This document shows, piece by piece, positions 1 to 11,359 of a stretch of DNA of 23,871 nucleotides. Each line of letters opens with the position of its first letter. Position 1 is the first letter of the stretch. Source of the DNA: Sarea resinae (lineage: Eukaryota); contig JAPEUD010000098.1 in assembly GCA_026026165.1 (NCBI GenBank), positions 62,001-85,871 of the forward strand. Reading direction: 5' to 3'. A program made the translations under genes and the position numbers. The notes beneath the pieces were generated by a model. It did no database searches and was not told where the DNA came from. It worked only from the letters and a program-made list of their open reading frames with translations.

Positions 1-378
1 AGATATACAGAGTGCAACCCGAGGCGCCTCTCTTTGAGACCCTCAACACCTAGACCGGGACGGACTGGCATCGAATTTTTGTCTTGTTGCTTTGGGGGTT
101 TGTTTCCTTTCTTGTTTGCTGTGTGGCAAGACATCTTCTCACGCTTTTCTTTTTCTGCACTCTCTATCAAACTGGTTGTCCCAGCAGCGGCAGTGGTGGG
201 CGCCTGCTGATGTTTGCCTGGGATATTTTGGGTTTATTTAAACGCGAAACTTCGTAGTCTTTTGAATCTTTTTACCTGTATAAGATCAGGCACTCTCAAC
301 TTCTCCAGTCTCAGGACAACACTCTACTCGCACTAGTCTCCAATACCGTTTTCACTTCCTCAGAAGTGAAGATAAAGC

Positions 379-1656
379 ATGGAACTTTTCATCCGCAGAT
401 CAAGCTACGGTCGAGCAAATCTTTTCTACTTCACTGTAGGAGGAAGATCTTATGAAATCTCTCTCGAGACTGTCGCCGCATATCTGCCAAAGCTGGGTAG
501 ATCCATGCACTTACAGTTTTCTTACGCCTATGCCGACGCCTATCGAGATAGTGTCCAACCTCAGGAAGACGTGCTGGCTTTTAATTACGATCTGCGCCTT
601 TGGAGAGATCAGAGAGCCGCCCAATGGATCTTGAAACACGTCGAAACCTGCGACAAGGATGGTGTCTCGAAAGAGCTATCCAAGTCTCTCGAGAAATATT
701 TGAAGCGGAGAAAGGAAGAGAGGCGATATGGAGACGAGTGGAGGACCATGAAAGAGCTCCTGCAGATGTTTCTATCTGTCAGCAAGTTGTTGGGGCACCA
801 CGCCTTTGGAAGTCACAACAGCCTGTTCAAAGAGCTAAGTGGGTTCTATATTCGCAACAGCCGTCAGCTCATCCGCCACATGCCACTGAAGATGTCACTG
901 GATTACATCTACGCTCTCGAGAAGCTCGGTGATGTTACTGAGGCAGCCAAGTGGTTCGTCGTCGACCTTCCTCGTGAACAAAAGGAAAGACTCTGCAGAA
1001 GAGGAAGGGACTACAGGAGAACAAGGCTCGGCCACAAATTGTCATCCAGAACTATGAATATTCTCCAGACACTGGCATCGGCCAATCAATCCAGTCCTTA
1101 CCCAACGTATTATGAACCAGCCATCTTCCCACCCGGTGTGGGCCATTGCGTTGGAAATCTTCCCGTCGCCACCTACCGCCAACGTCCTTACAATCTTGAG
1201 CGCGGACCTCGGTGGGGTGCTGATATAGATCCCGAGGAACTCCACGAGATCGTGGAAGAAGAGCGAGAGCGCATCTTCGTCTTCGATGATATCTCCCCTT
1301 ATCGCCAGCACGCCTATCACCGCCGCCTTCAAGGACATCGCCGCGAGCTTAACTTCGAGAGCGATTTCGATAATCTGTCCCGACGCCGTCGTCGCCTTCG
1401 GGATGATTCGAGTGACGATGACGACGACCTCGCGGGCCCGCACGGCAGACGGGGACATCGGTATCCTTCTCGACAGACTCTCGATGATACTGATGTCTAC
1501 TACGGAGGGGAGGGGGTCCGTTATGGCAATCGAAGAGCATTAGACGATCTGGATGACGGGTGCCAGGGCTGGGGCTATCCCCAAAGTCGTTATCCAATGG
1601 GGGCCATTGAGCCTCCCCGTGGTCCATGGATGAGGGGAGGAGTGGCAAGAATCTAA
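379..1656 (+). CDS. Hypothetical 425-aa protein, apparently intronless; possible degenerate BTB/POZ-like N-terminus, low-complexity R/D/G/Y-rich C-terminal tail
   Basis: Long uninterrupted ORF, ATG in AAGCATGG context (A at -3, G at +4), stop TAA at 1654-1656. FTVGGRSYEISLETV loosely resembles the start of T1/KCTD-type BTB domains. No family recognised with certainty. Confidence 0.75.
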   Translation: MELFIRRSSYGRANLFYFTVGGRSYEISLETVAAYLPKLGRSMHLQFSYAYADAYRDSVQPQEDVLAFNYDLRLWRDQRAAQWILKHVETCDKDGVSKELSKSLEKYLKRRKEERRYGDEWRTMKELLQMFLSVSKLLGHHAFGSHNSLFKELSGFYIRNSRQLIRHMPLKMSLDYIYALEKLGDVTEAAKWFVVDLPREQKERLCRRGRDYRRTRLGHKLSSRTMNILQTLASANQSSPYPTYYEPAIFPPGVGHCVGNLPVATYRQRPYNLERGPRWGADIDPEELHEIVEEERERIFVFDDISPYRQHAYHRRLQGHRRELNFESDFDNLSRRRRRLRDDSSDDDDDLAGPHGRRGHRYPSRQTLDDTDVYYGGEGVRYGNRRALDDLDDGCQGWGYPQSRYPMGAIEPPRGPWMRGGVARI

Positions 1657-2265
1657 GTTGGTCGTGTCCCGGCGTCCCTGAATTCTAGGGCCCGGATCAG
1701 AGAGCCGGGCAACGTCGCCGAGGCTCATCTCTGGTGGTCGGCAGTTCGTAGGGACTTTTTTTAGAGGGCTAGAGACACGCAAGGAGACTACAGTACTTGA
1801 CCGTGCATTACTCAAGATAGATCGTTCGAAACAATTTCTACATTACACCTTTGCGATTTCGCAAATCGATTTCTTTTTTTCAGCATTAATGATTTTCCTT
1901 GGCTGGAAGCCTTCGATGACCATGGTACCGATGAAGAAACGTTCTAGATGAATATATTATATTCTCTCAGTGCTATTTCTTCTGCTGCAGTTTGTCTTTT
2001 GTGTCTGGTTTTCCTACCATCATTGTCCGCAGCTCTCAATATTGTTTTTTCATAGCTTGATAAACAATTGACCATTACTGATGCTATCAAGATTCATAGA
2101 CTGAAATTTGCATGTCAGATATTCTCCACCTCGTCTGCAGAACCGACCTCGTCCAATCGCATATGTTTTAGTATCTCATCACTCCACCATCCCTCGTCAC
2201 CTCAACTGCCGCTATGCCATCAGGTAAATTCTAGGGAAGATAACCCGCGCCATGGATGCGAGGAC

Positions 2266-3504
2266 TTACAGCTTACTCGTCGTCTCGCCCGCGACATCCT
2301 CGCCCAAGATATCGATCACCAATTTCCCAAACTGGCTCCCAGCCTTCATGTCTTCGAATAGCGCGTCCACCTTTTCAAGGTCATCCATACCCTTCTCCAA
2401 GCGCACAGTGCGCGAGATGATGGGTCGGAGTTGCTTAGTAGCGACGAAGGAGACCATGGAGGCGAATTCGGCGCGCGAACCCATGGTTGACCCGCGGATC
2501 TCGATGTTTTTAAGAACGGCGCTCATGAGGTAAGGGAGAGAGGGGCCGGTCGTCATGCCATAAGATACTATCACGCCACCAGGCTGACAAAAGGTACTCG
2601 TTAGGAAATGTTGGAGAACAATCAACAAAAGGAAGACCAATTCGAATACCTTGAGGATCTTTGCACCCTTCTCGACAATATTGCCACCTGCACCATCGAT
2701 GATGGCGTCGATGTACTTTCGATCACTCGGCAATTGCTCCACGAGCTTCTTCTCCCATCCTTCCGCCTTGTAGTTCACCCCCCCTTGCGCACCCAATTGC
2801 TTCGCCCGCTGCAACTTCTCCTCGCTCCCGCTCGTGACAAAGGCATTGCAGCCTGCGGCCGCGGCAAACAGCAACGCCATTAGCGCTACACCACCTCCTA
2901 TACCTGTAATCAAGATATTATGCCCAGGCTTTGCATTCCCGCTCTTGGTGAACAGCGCCCTGTACGCCGTCAAGCCCGTCAAGGGAATCGCGGCACTCTC
3001 AACAGAGTCGAGATGCAAAGGCGCCTCCTCGACCTCGCTGGCATCGATACAAACAAGGTCCTGCAGCGTGCCTAGCGGGTGCAATTTGGTGCCTCCCAGA
3101 ATTCGATATCCAGACGGGTCTTCGGGCCCCTCGGCGCTGTCGGCCCAGCCGGAGCCCGGGTTCAGAATCACGCGCTTGTGAAGCCATGACTTAGCAGTCG
3201 GGGACGAGCCCGTGGAGATGACGAGGCCGCAGCCATCGGCGAGGAGCGGCACCGAGAAGGTGGTGCCTGGGTAGAGGTGCTGCCGGATGAAGAGGTCGCG
3301 GTGGTTGACGGAGGCGGCGGTGAGGCGGATTAGAAGCTGGTTGTCTGAAGGAATGGGAGTTGGAACTTCTGTCGTTTGGAGGCTGGGGCCAGGGAAAGGG
3401 TTAGCTCCTTCTCTACGAATGATCTCTGAGAGAGAGGATGCTCACGGGTAGTACACCTTGCCGGGCTTGCCGTCGACTTTTTTGATGGTGATGGCTTTGG
3501 GCAT
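2266..3504 (-). CDS. Medium-chain dehydrogenase/reductase (zinc-type alcohol dehydrogenase-like / quinone oxidoreductase-like), 369 aa, C-terminal PTS1 (SKL)
   Basis: Exons 3504-3446, 3382-2650, 2583-2266. Introns 3445-3383 (GTGAGC..GCTAAC..CAG) and 2649-2584 (GTATTC..CCTAAC..CAG). Protein MPKAITIKKVDGKPGKVYYPLQ...LIRLTAASVNHRDLFIRQHLYPG...LADGCG...AAIPLTGLTAYRAL...ILITGIGGGVA (Rossmann loop)...GSTMGS...QFGKLVI...TTSKL*. Confidence 0.92.
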
Positions 3505-4472
3505 CGTGAATGCCGTTTGTCCCTCAGGTGCGATTGCGCCGGGCGGTGCAAGGAGCGAAGCAAACAATTGCCTTGTTCTCGTGAACAAACTAATAGGGGA
3601 TTATTCTTCTATACGTTGGAAATGTGAGCAGTCCTTGGTGTTGTTATCTCCGAGGTCCTCACTCTCACTCGATGCGCTCGATGATGGTGATTGTTTCGGG
3701 TTCGTCATCACACAAGCCGAGGACGAAGTCGGTTAGATCTAGGCCTTGGTGCCTTATCGATAAGATAAACCCCCGTCGACATCATCATCGTCGGATAAGT
3801 CACATTGCGGGGTAGATCCGCGCGATAACCACCCGTGCAGCATACATACTCCGGAGTAGAGCGCCTACCTCGCAGTAAGGTATCTCCGGATTCACAAGGC
3901 ATATGGTTCTGGAAGTCGCGTCAGCCAAGTCAGCCTCGAACTGTTGTCGGAAATCATTGCTCATGATCGATCTGCTCTTCAGTCGCAAAGGGGCAAACAA
4001 ATCCATTTCTAACTGCAGCTCTCGTGCGTATCTAGGAACACGGGGAGACCCTCCGATATCATCATCTCTGCCGTTCCACCTACGAAATTAACAAGCATTG
4101 TTGCAGCAGCCATCTTCCTAATCGCTGAAGGTCACTACTAAGGTCGCAATCACAGCTCTAGCTCCGGGAACACCAGCGCTTGCCGGATTACTGTAAATTG
4201 CTGTCCGGAGATCCCGATCTTACTTCCCCGCGGTGGCTGCGGGAAGGAGGTGCGGGGATCGCGAGCAACTACAATCTGTCAAGCCACCACCAATCACTGA
4301 TTTGAATCTGTACTAGAAGATTGCTCCCTGATCATATGCCGCTTTGCTCCCCGTTTATAACCTCCTTTTCCTACTTTTCTGTTTTGGCTATTTATCATGC
4401 TATATTCCTCCCTTGCTTCTTCGCTGCCTCTCTACTACTAAGTCTACTCACACTACTCTGTCAAGCATCAAC
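3505..4472. promoter_or_regulatory. Bidirectional promoter between the MDR and FMO genes
   Basis: Head-to-head ATGs at 3504 (-) and 4473 (+). Clustered GATAA sites 3754-3828, SYGGRG (CreA-type) matches at 3807, 4205, 4226(-), 4252, and CCAAT near 4290. Confidence 0.6.
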
Positions 4473-6139
4473 ATGGCGGCTGCAGCTGTTCGTAGTGCTC
4501 CAATCGACAATACCACTATCCCTTCCTACAACCGCGTGGAGGCAGGCTCCAAACAGCTAACCGCGGCCTCGTACCCCCAGTCCAGTTCTTCGTCCACGTT
4601 CGACGCGGCAGAAGTAGTCTCAGCATGGGTCGAATCGTTCAATGCAGTTCTTCTCAACATTAGCGCCACGTCTCTCAAGAGTCTCTTCCTCAAAGAATAT
4701 TACTGGCGTGACCAGCTGTGCCTCTCATGGAACTATCATACTTTGAATGGGCCCGAAAAGACGGCTTCCTTCTTCAAAAATGCCGAAAAGGGATGTCGAC
4801 TTCAATCCGTAGCCGTCGATGACAGCAACGCCGCTCATCGCGCCCCTACATCCTCCCCGGTCGACTTCAACGGGAACGTAAAAGGCGTGCAAAGCTTTCT
4901 GACACTGGAGACAGATGTTGGCCGTGGGCGGGGCTTGGTGCGATTGCTCCAGGACCCCGAGGATAATGGCAAATGGAAGGCGTTCACGCTGTTTACTACT
5001 CTGCGCGAATTGAAGGGGCATGAGGAGATGACGGGCCCTAGACGACCGCAGGGGGTCGAGCATGGTGGGCATCCGGGAAGGAAGAATTGGCAGGAGAGGA
5101 GGGAGGCCGAGGAGAATTACGAGGGGGTAGAAGATCCTACCGTTGTGATAGTCGGTCAGTATCATCATCGTCCATTCATTCTATTCCATGCGGAAAGTGC
5201 TGATAGTGGCGAATTGTGCAGGTGCTGGCCAAGCCGGACTAGCGGTTGCGGCACGCCTGAAACAACTCGGCATCAATTCCCTCATCATCGATCGTAATTC
5301 TCGAATTGGGGACAATTGGCGTAACCGGTACCATCAGCTGGTGTTGCATGACCCAGTATGGTACGACCATCTGCCTTACTTGGAATTTCCCAAGAACTGG
5401 CCGGTAAGAGCTTCCGTTCCTTTCCCCAGATTAAGGCAAAAATTCCCTTCAATCACTCTATACGCCGCTGTCTTACAAGCTCGTCCACTCTGGGCCTGAT
5501 TCGAGATCCAAACGTACTGACTTTTGCTTTCTCAAGGTTTTTACCCCAAAAGATAAACTAGCAGAATGGTTCGAGTCATACGCCAAGATCCTCGAGCTGA
5601 ACGTATGGACCAATGCCACGCTCACCGACACGGCATGGAACGAGACGGAAAAGAAATGGACAATCACGGTCCATCGAGCAAAAGACGACGGCAAGAAGAT
5701 AACTCGTCAGATTTCCTCGCCCTTTCCACCTGGCCCCTCCTCTCGCTCCTCGCTGACTTTTTGAGAAAGGCACGTTTCACCCCGCCCACATCATCCAAGC
5801 GACTGGCCACTCCGGCGAGAAGAACTTCCCATCCTCGATCCGCGGCCTCGACACCTTCACCGGCACCACGCTCTGCCACTCGTCCGAGTTCAAAGGCGCC
5901 AGCGAAAATGGGAAGGGTAAGCGCGCCATCGTGGTCGGCTGTTGCAATTCCGGCCACGACATCGCCCAGGACTTTTATGAGCACGGCTATCACGTCACCA
6001 TGGTGCAGCGCAGCAGCACATATGTGATGAGTAGCAAGAACGGACTGGATGTGCTGTTGGGGGGGTTGTACGCTGAGGACGGGGTAAGTGGGAGTCTTAT
6101 CTGAGCTCTTGTGCCTTTTCCCCTCTTGCGCATGTGTGT

Positions 6140-6179
<40 letters not shown>

Positions 6180-6829
6180 ATCACGCTCTTCTTGTGGGGA
6201 GTGATATATCATCGAATCCACTAACAAGCACATCCATCCCACAGCCCCCAGTCGACGACGCCGACCTGACCTTCATGTCCGTGCCCAACCCGCTCCTCAA
6301 ACGAATGCACGTGGACGCGACCACAGAGATAAGCCGGCGCGACCACGCGCTGCTCTCGTCGCTGCGATCCGCCGGCTTCAGCCTGGACACGGGCCCGGAC
6401 GCCTCGGGCTTCTTCATGAAGTACTTCCAGCGCGGCGGCGGCTACTACATCGACGTGGGCGCGTCGGCGCTGATCGCCGACGGCCAGATCGCCATCAAGC
6501 AGGGCCACGAGATCGAGGCCGTGGAAGGCCGCGTCGTGCGCTTTGACGACGGCTCCGAGCTCGAGGCCGACGAGCTGGTTTTTGCTACAGGGTACCTGAA
6601 TATGCGCGGGACGTGCGCGAAGATCTTCGGGGAGCGCGTCAGTGACCGCGTCGCCGACGTGTGGGGGTTCGATGACGAGGGCGAGATCAGGTCCATGTGG
6701 CGCCGCAGTGGCCATCCTGGCTTCTGGTTCATGGGCGGCAATCTGGCCCTCTGTAGGTATTATTCGAGACTTTTGGCGTTGCAGATTCAGGGACTGGAGA
6801 CGGGGGTGATGGGATATGGGGATGAGTAG
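4473..6829 (+). CDS. Flavin-containing monooxygenase (class B flavoprotein, type II FMO-like) with N-terminal SnoaL/NTF2-like extension, 643 aa
   Basis: Exons 4473-5154, 5222-5403, 5537-5705, 5770-6083, 6245-6829; frame closes at 1932 nt. FAD motif VIVGAGQAG, GDNWRNRYHQLVLHDPVWYDHLPY, ATGHSG, FMO-like fingerprint FTGTTLCHSSEF, second nucleotide motif VVGCCNSGHD, and DELVFATGY. Confidence 0.92.
6133..6176. repeat. Compound microsatellite (TG)5(TC)17 in FMO intron 4
   Basis: Read directly; lies within intron 6084-6244. Confidence 0.95.
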
Positions 6830-9044
6830 GTGGGAAGTAGGGGATCAAGGGATCACACCGAGGCAGGGTGGGTTAAAAGGGAGATGGCAATTACGTATGC
6901 AAGAAGAAGTCGATTGAGAACCTTTCATGTTTCAGCTAAGCAGTCTGAGCAATGTATCTGATATTCCGGTCAATATCGTGTTGTATTTTTTTTTTGGTGG
7001 GGTTCAGCTATCTACTCTGATGCACACTCGTTTGCCTTGCAATATTTACTCTGGACATTTCGGATATATAGCAAAGCGTGAGGGAGGAATAATATCGAAG
7101 TGTGAGGTAGACTGCCGGCATATAGACATGTTACAAGTGATCTTGAAATTCTAGTGCAGAAGCTGGACATGTGTTGATCCTGGGTGCAAGGAAGTGGTAA
7201 TAGATGGACATGCGTAGATTTTCTAGACAGGCGAAGCATTCGCAATCTACCTGCAGCAGATCCAACCAAGTAACAACGACCCGCCGGGGCAGCCGTTTGC
7301 ATCCAACGACAACAAAAAAGAAGATGCAATAAAATCACGAGAAAGAGATAGAGTATGCACGTCATCGATATTGCACGGTTTCCCCTCATCTCGTGCTCGT
7401 GGGGGTCTGTTGAAAGGAGCCGCTCGGAAGACGGCTGCCAAGCTGGGACCGGGTGGCTGCATCTCGCTCCCAAGGGCCTGGTCGAGCGTGGCCGTCATGA
7501 GGCATGTAGGGTAGGTAATTGAACGCGTGCGAGATGCAATCCGCCTGGCACAAGCGGGCCAAATACTTTGCAATCTCGAATCAACTTCTTCTATGCGTAC
7601 CTTATGTTGGGCATCTGAGCCTATAGCTTTGTCCAAAAAGTAATTCTGATAATAAGCAAACCGGGCACTCTCGTCTGAGTGTGCGGCTCGGGTATTATCA
7701 GGGCATCTCTATTGTCCCCAGTGCTAGGACGGAAATGTTAATCTTAAAGCGTCGGTGTGGCTTTATTGAATTAAATGGTGAGTATTTACACATGCACCAT
7801 TGCACCAATAATGGCTCGATGTTCAGTGTCGTTCGCGCCCTTCCTGCCACCTGCTATCGAGACGAAGAGGACTGGAGATGAGGATGAGGATGAGGATGTG
7901 GTGCTTTGTCTAGCTAATACGTTTCTGCGCGACGGAAGCTTGCTAGTAGTCCGAGCTTGTTGTCAGCTTCAAGTCGGCCTTGACCAGAATCATGTGTCGT
8001 TCGGTTGGCCACCGGAAATTACTAGTAGGTAGGTAGGCAGCGTGGTTGAAGTCTCGCGTGAATTGGCTGAGGTACGCAGTATGGTGATGAGTGGCATCCG
8101 CCGAATTGCAAATCAAAGTCATTAATCTTGTCTACGGTAGCATCTACCAAGTAGCGTCCATGACGGCGGAAGCTATGATCGTAGTAGACTTGGCGCTCGG
8201 CCGGACCCTCGCGACGAAACAGAAATCGACAGATTGCCTTGGTAAACAATGGAATCGTTGGAAGGCAATCGATGCAGCGCTGTCGTCCTCGCGCTCTGGA
8301 ATCCACACTCGGCCACTGCCACTCTGCCACTCTGCCACTCTGCACTCGGCAATCTGCACTCTACAGACGTTGAATCTTGAGGCGGCATCATCGGAATGCC
8401 ATGAAGTGGTGACGCGCATGCTGCGCCGTAACAGATAGTTTCCAGCTGTCTTCACCAGGTTCTGATTCGCTCGAGCGTGAAGGAATAGCCCGGACGGTCG
8501 TGATCAGCGAGGCGCTGCTCCAATGGAACAGGCCTTCCTACCGATGCATCTTACTCGATCGAGGACAGATGGAAGCTTTCCAATATTATCGCGCATATGG
8601 TGTCCACTCAGAGAGGGTGCCATTCCTGCTGACATGTCCTCGCTCCTCCCGTCTCCGCCGAGCCCTGCGCATTTCAAAATCTTTCATCTCTCAATAATCA
8701 TGTCCTAGCCCAGCCGAGCGAGAGAGATCGAGGCTGTGCTTCCCGAGCCGCAATTTGCTGCACGAAGGACGGCGTACGGCATTGGCCGTACCAGACAGGG
8801 TCGCTCCAGCCCTTCCATCATTCCAAAGGGCCCGTCCTGATCTGGACGGGCGCGCCTCGGACTTGGACACTCGAACCCTAAACAGCCGGTCGCGGTTCCA
8901 TTGCGTAAGATCGGTCGGTACCTACTTCGTACTGTACTCTGCGAACCGTGAGGTGCGATCGGAGAACTGCGACCTGCGACCTGCCTGCGAACTGCGAACT
9001 GCACGAGAGTTCGGGTCCCAGAGATACCTCGGTCATGATACGAG

Positions 9045-9064
9045 ATACTACTCCGGAGTAGTAT
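9045..9064. repeat. Perfect 20-bp palindrome ATACTACTCCGGAGTAGTAT
   Basis: Sequence equals its own reverse complement. Confidence 0.9.
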
Positions 9065-10898
9065 TGGGGCCCTATTTTTAGCCACTGGAGCCGGATGCCG
9101 CATGCAAGGGCAAGACTTCCAATCCTCTTCCCCTTCCTTCGACCTACTCGACTCGGATAGTGGTACGACCGAAACTCGTACTCTCTCGATGGCCTCTCCA
9201 TCATCGCATTTTGCATTTTGCATTTTGGGGATTTCGTTGATCGCATACATAGTACATGGCACAGTCATCCGTATCGGTCAACGGGAAGAGATGGATCAAT
9301 GTTGGGAGCTGAAGGCCATGGGCCACGCCATGTCGTGTCCTGGCCCGACGCTCTCTGATGATACCGCGATAAGGCGAACCGAGTCTCACGAGTGCGGAGT
9401 GGCGGAGCTGGTCTGCAGACAATCGTTTAAGTCTGCTCTAGCACTACACAACATAGTACTCCGTGAAAGAGGCATTAACACCAACAGGAGTACATAGTAC
9501 TGGACCTTCGGGCCTTGGCCTGGGATCTTGCTGGGCCTGTGGAAAGGAACCTACTCCGGAGTCAAGGACTAGATATTAATGGGTGGCATTAATGGATCTG
9601 ATCGAATGGACGGAGTCGTCCGAGCCGACGCCGTCTGTAACAACCGACGACGAGCTACTCGGTACACCACTCCCTCCATTTTCACCTGATTCTGCTGCAG
9701 AGTCCAGAACACACACCCACACCCACACATCCATCGCTCATGAATTTGGGTCCTTCAGTTGACTCCATGTTACTTTTGACCGCTCATGCGTATACCGATC
9801 CGAGTCGGATCTGGATTTTGACTTCTCTCATACCGCAGGTAGATGGACCGAAATAAACAGAAAAAGAAGTCACACAATCACAGTAGGTCAGTGCAAGCTG
9901 GAGGTCCCATCTGGATGTTTCCCCAATCAATGGACGACTTGGCGAGAGAGAGCCTTTCGGATTTAAGTTCTAAGCGAAGTCTTCGCATTCGGTACTGGGT
10001 CCTTCTTGCAATGCTGGCCTTACCCTGGGACAACCTCGAGCAGCATGAGGTAAGATAACTGGAAACGTTGCTGACAATGATACGGCAATAATAGTAGTGA
10101 TGACCGCTTTGGACTCGTCCTTTGGACTCGTCTCTGATGGCGAAGACTGGCTGGCGGTACTGGATCCGTACTCGTAGGGCCGAGAATGATCGGGGCCAGG
10201 GCTTCCAACTCGCTCCCCTTAGCTTACCATAGAGGCCCTAGGGGCTCGGACCAACAGGGGATGGATCAACGCCGAGGGCATGGGGGCAGAGACCGGCTCG
10301 TCGTCGCTGCTGCATCTTGCTGCATCGTGCTGCATCGTCCTGCGTCTTCAGGCATCTTCTGATGCATCATGGATGCCCTCCCAGCATTTGCAGGCTGCAG
10401 GACGGCTACTTCCCTACTAGGGCAGCAGTAGTCGGTCGAGGACTTCTATCTTTAGGCATCGATTTCTCGCTTCTCGGCATCTGCCCATGCCCATGCCCAG
10501 GTCATTCATCCCTCCATGCCGTCGCTCTCTGGTGTCTGGTGTCTGTGTCTGGTGGTGTTCGCGGCTCGAGTGCGCCCGAGTCTGTCTGCGTACCGTACCC
10601 ATGACTGCAGCGGACGGGCGATCATCCACCCATAGGTAGAGTAACTGCACACGGTGGTATCTACCCTCCTCCTTGGGCGGTGAAGATACTAAATGCGTAC
10701 GACCCAAAGTACGAATACCTGACCTGGCTCCGGCTACGATGATGGCATTCCGAGTGCCGCCACTTGGTGTTTTTCTCAGCCTAGGGGGGTCAGTCTGTCA
10801 GGGTCGATGGATCTGACGCCGCTCGCTCGCTCGCTCATCCTCGCTCATCCCGTGAGCCGCTTCCTTCACCATCCGTGACATCCCATCCCCTCCTCCAG

Positions 10899-10964
10899 TC
10901 CCCTTCCCTCCCCTCCCCTCCCCTCCCCTCCCCCTCCCATCCCATCCCATCCCATCCCATCCCC
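10899..10964. repeat. (CCCCT)n followed by (CCCAT)n pyrimidine-rich pentamer tract; G-quadruplex-capable on the minus strand
   Basis: tccccttccctcccctcccctcccctcccctccccctcccatcccatcccatcccatcccatcccc read directly. Confidence 0.9.
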
Positions 10965-11359
10965 ATTCAAACATGTAAGAGGTATGTAGGTAAGTAGTGT
11001 GAAGTGACACCCTTAATCCGGTATGTGCAAAGTGCCGCCCCAAATGAGGCGGAGCTTAGCCTTTGGGCACACGGACCTGCACCAGTCACATCACCAAGCT
11101 TCATTCACGCAAGCTGAGTGGGCGATCGACTCCAAGCGTACGTTGCTCGTTTTCCATGAAGAGACTGCAATGGCGGCCATCCTTGGATAGTCCATCGATA
11201 GCCTCTACGCCTTTTCGAGAATCCGATAGCCTTGCTCACCTTGCTCACCTTTTCTTACCTTTCTCACCTCTGCTCACCACACCCTCGGAGAGATATAATC
11301 TGTCGCTCTTGTCTCTACTAACTCTCGCTATGCTAATGCCCGTCTTCGATGAATGAATG

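Noticed and set aside
2584..2649. Apparent 22-aa hydrophobic insert (VFELVFLLLIV...) in the MDR
   Set aside because: It is a 66-nt in-frame intron with GT donor, CTAAC branch and CAG acceptor.
4344..4472. N-terminal hydrophobic extension of the FMO ORF from a TTG
   Set aside because: Pyrimidine-rich promoter/UTR-like sequence; ATG 4473 has good context (AACATGG) and is the simpler start.
7012..10707. Numerous 60-190 aa ORFs between FMO and medA
   Set aside because: Overlapping on both strands, many with non-ATG starts, several built from tandem repeats, no motifs or consistent splice structure.
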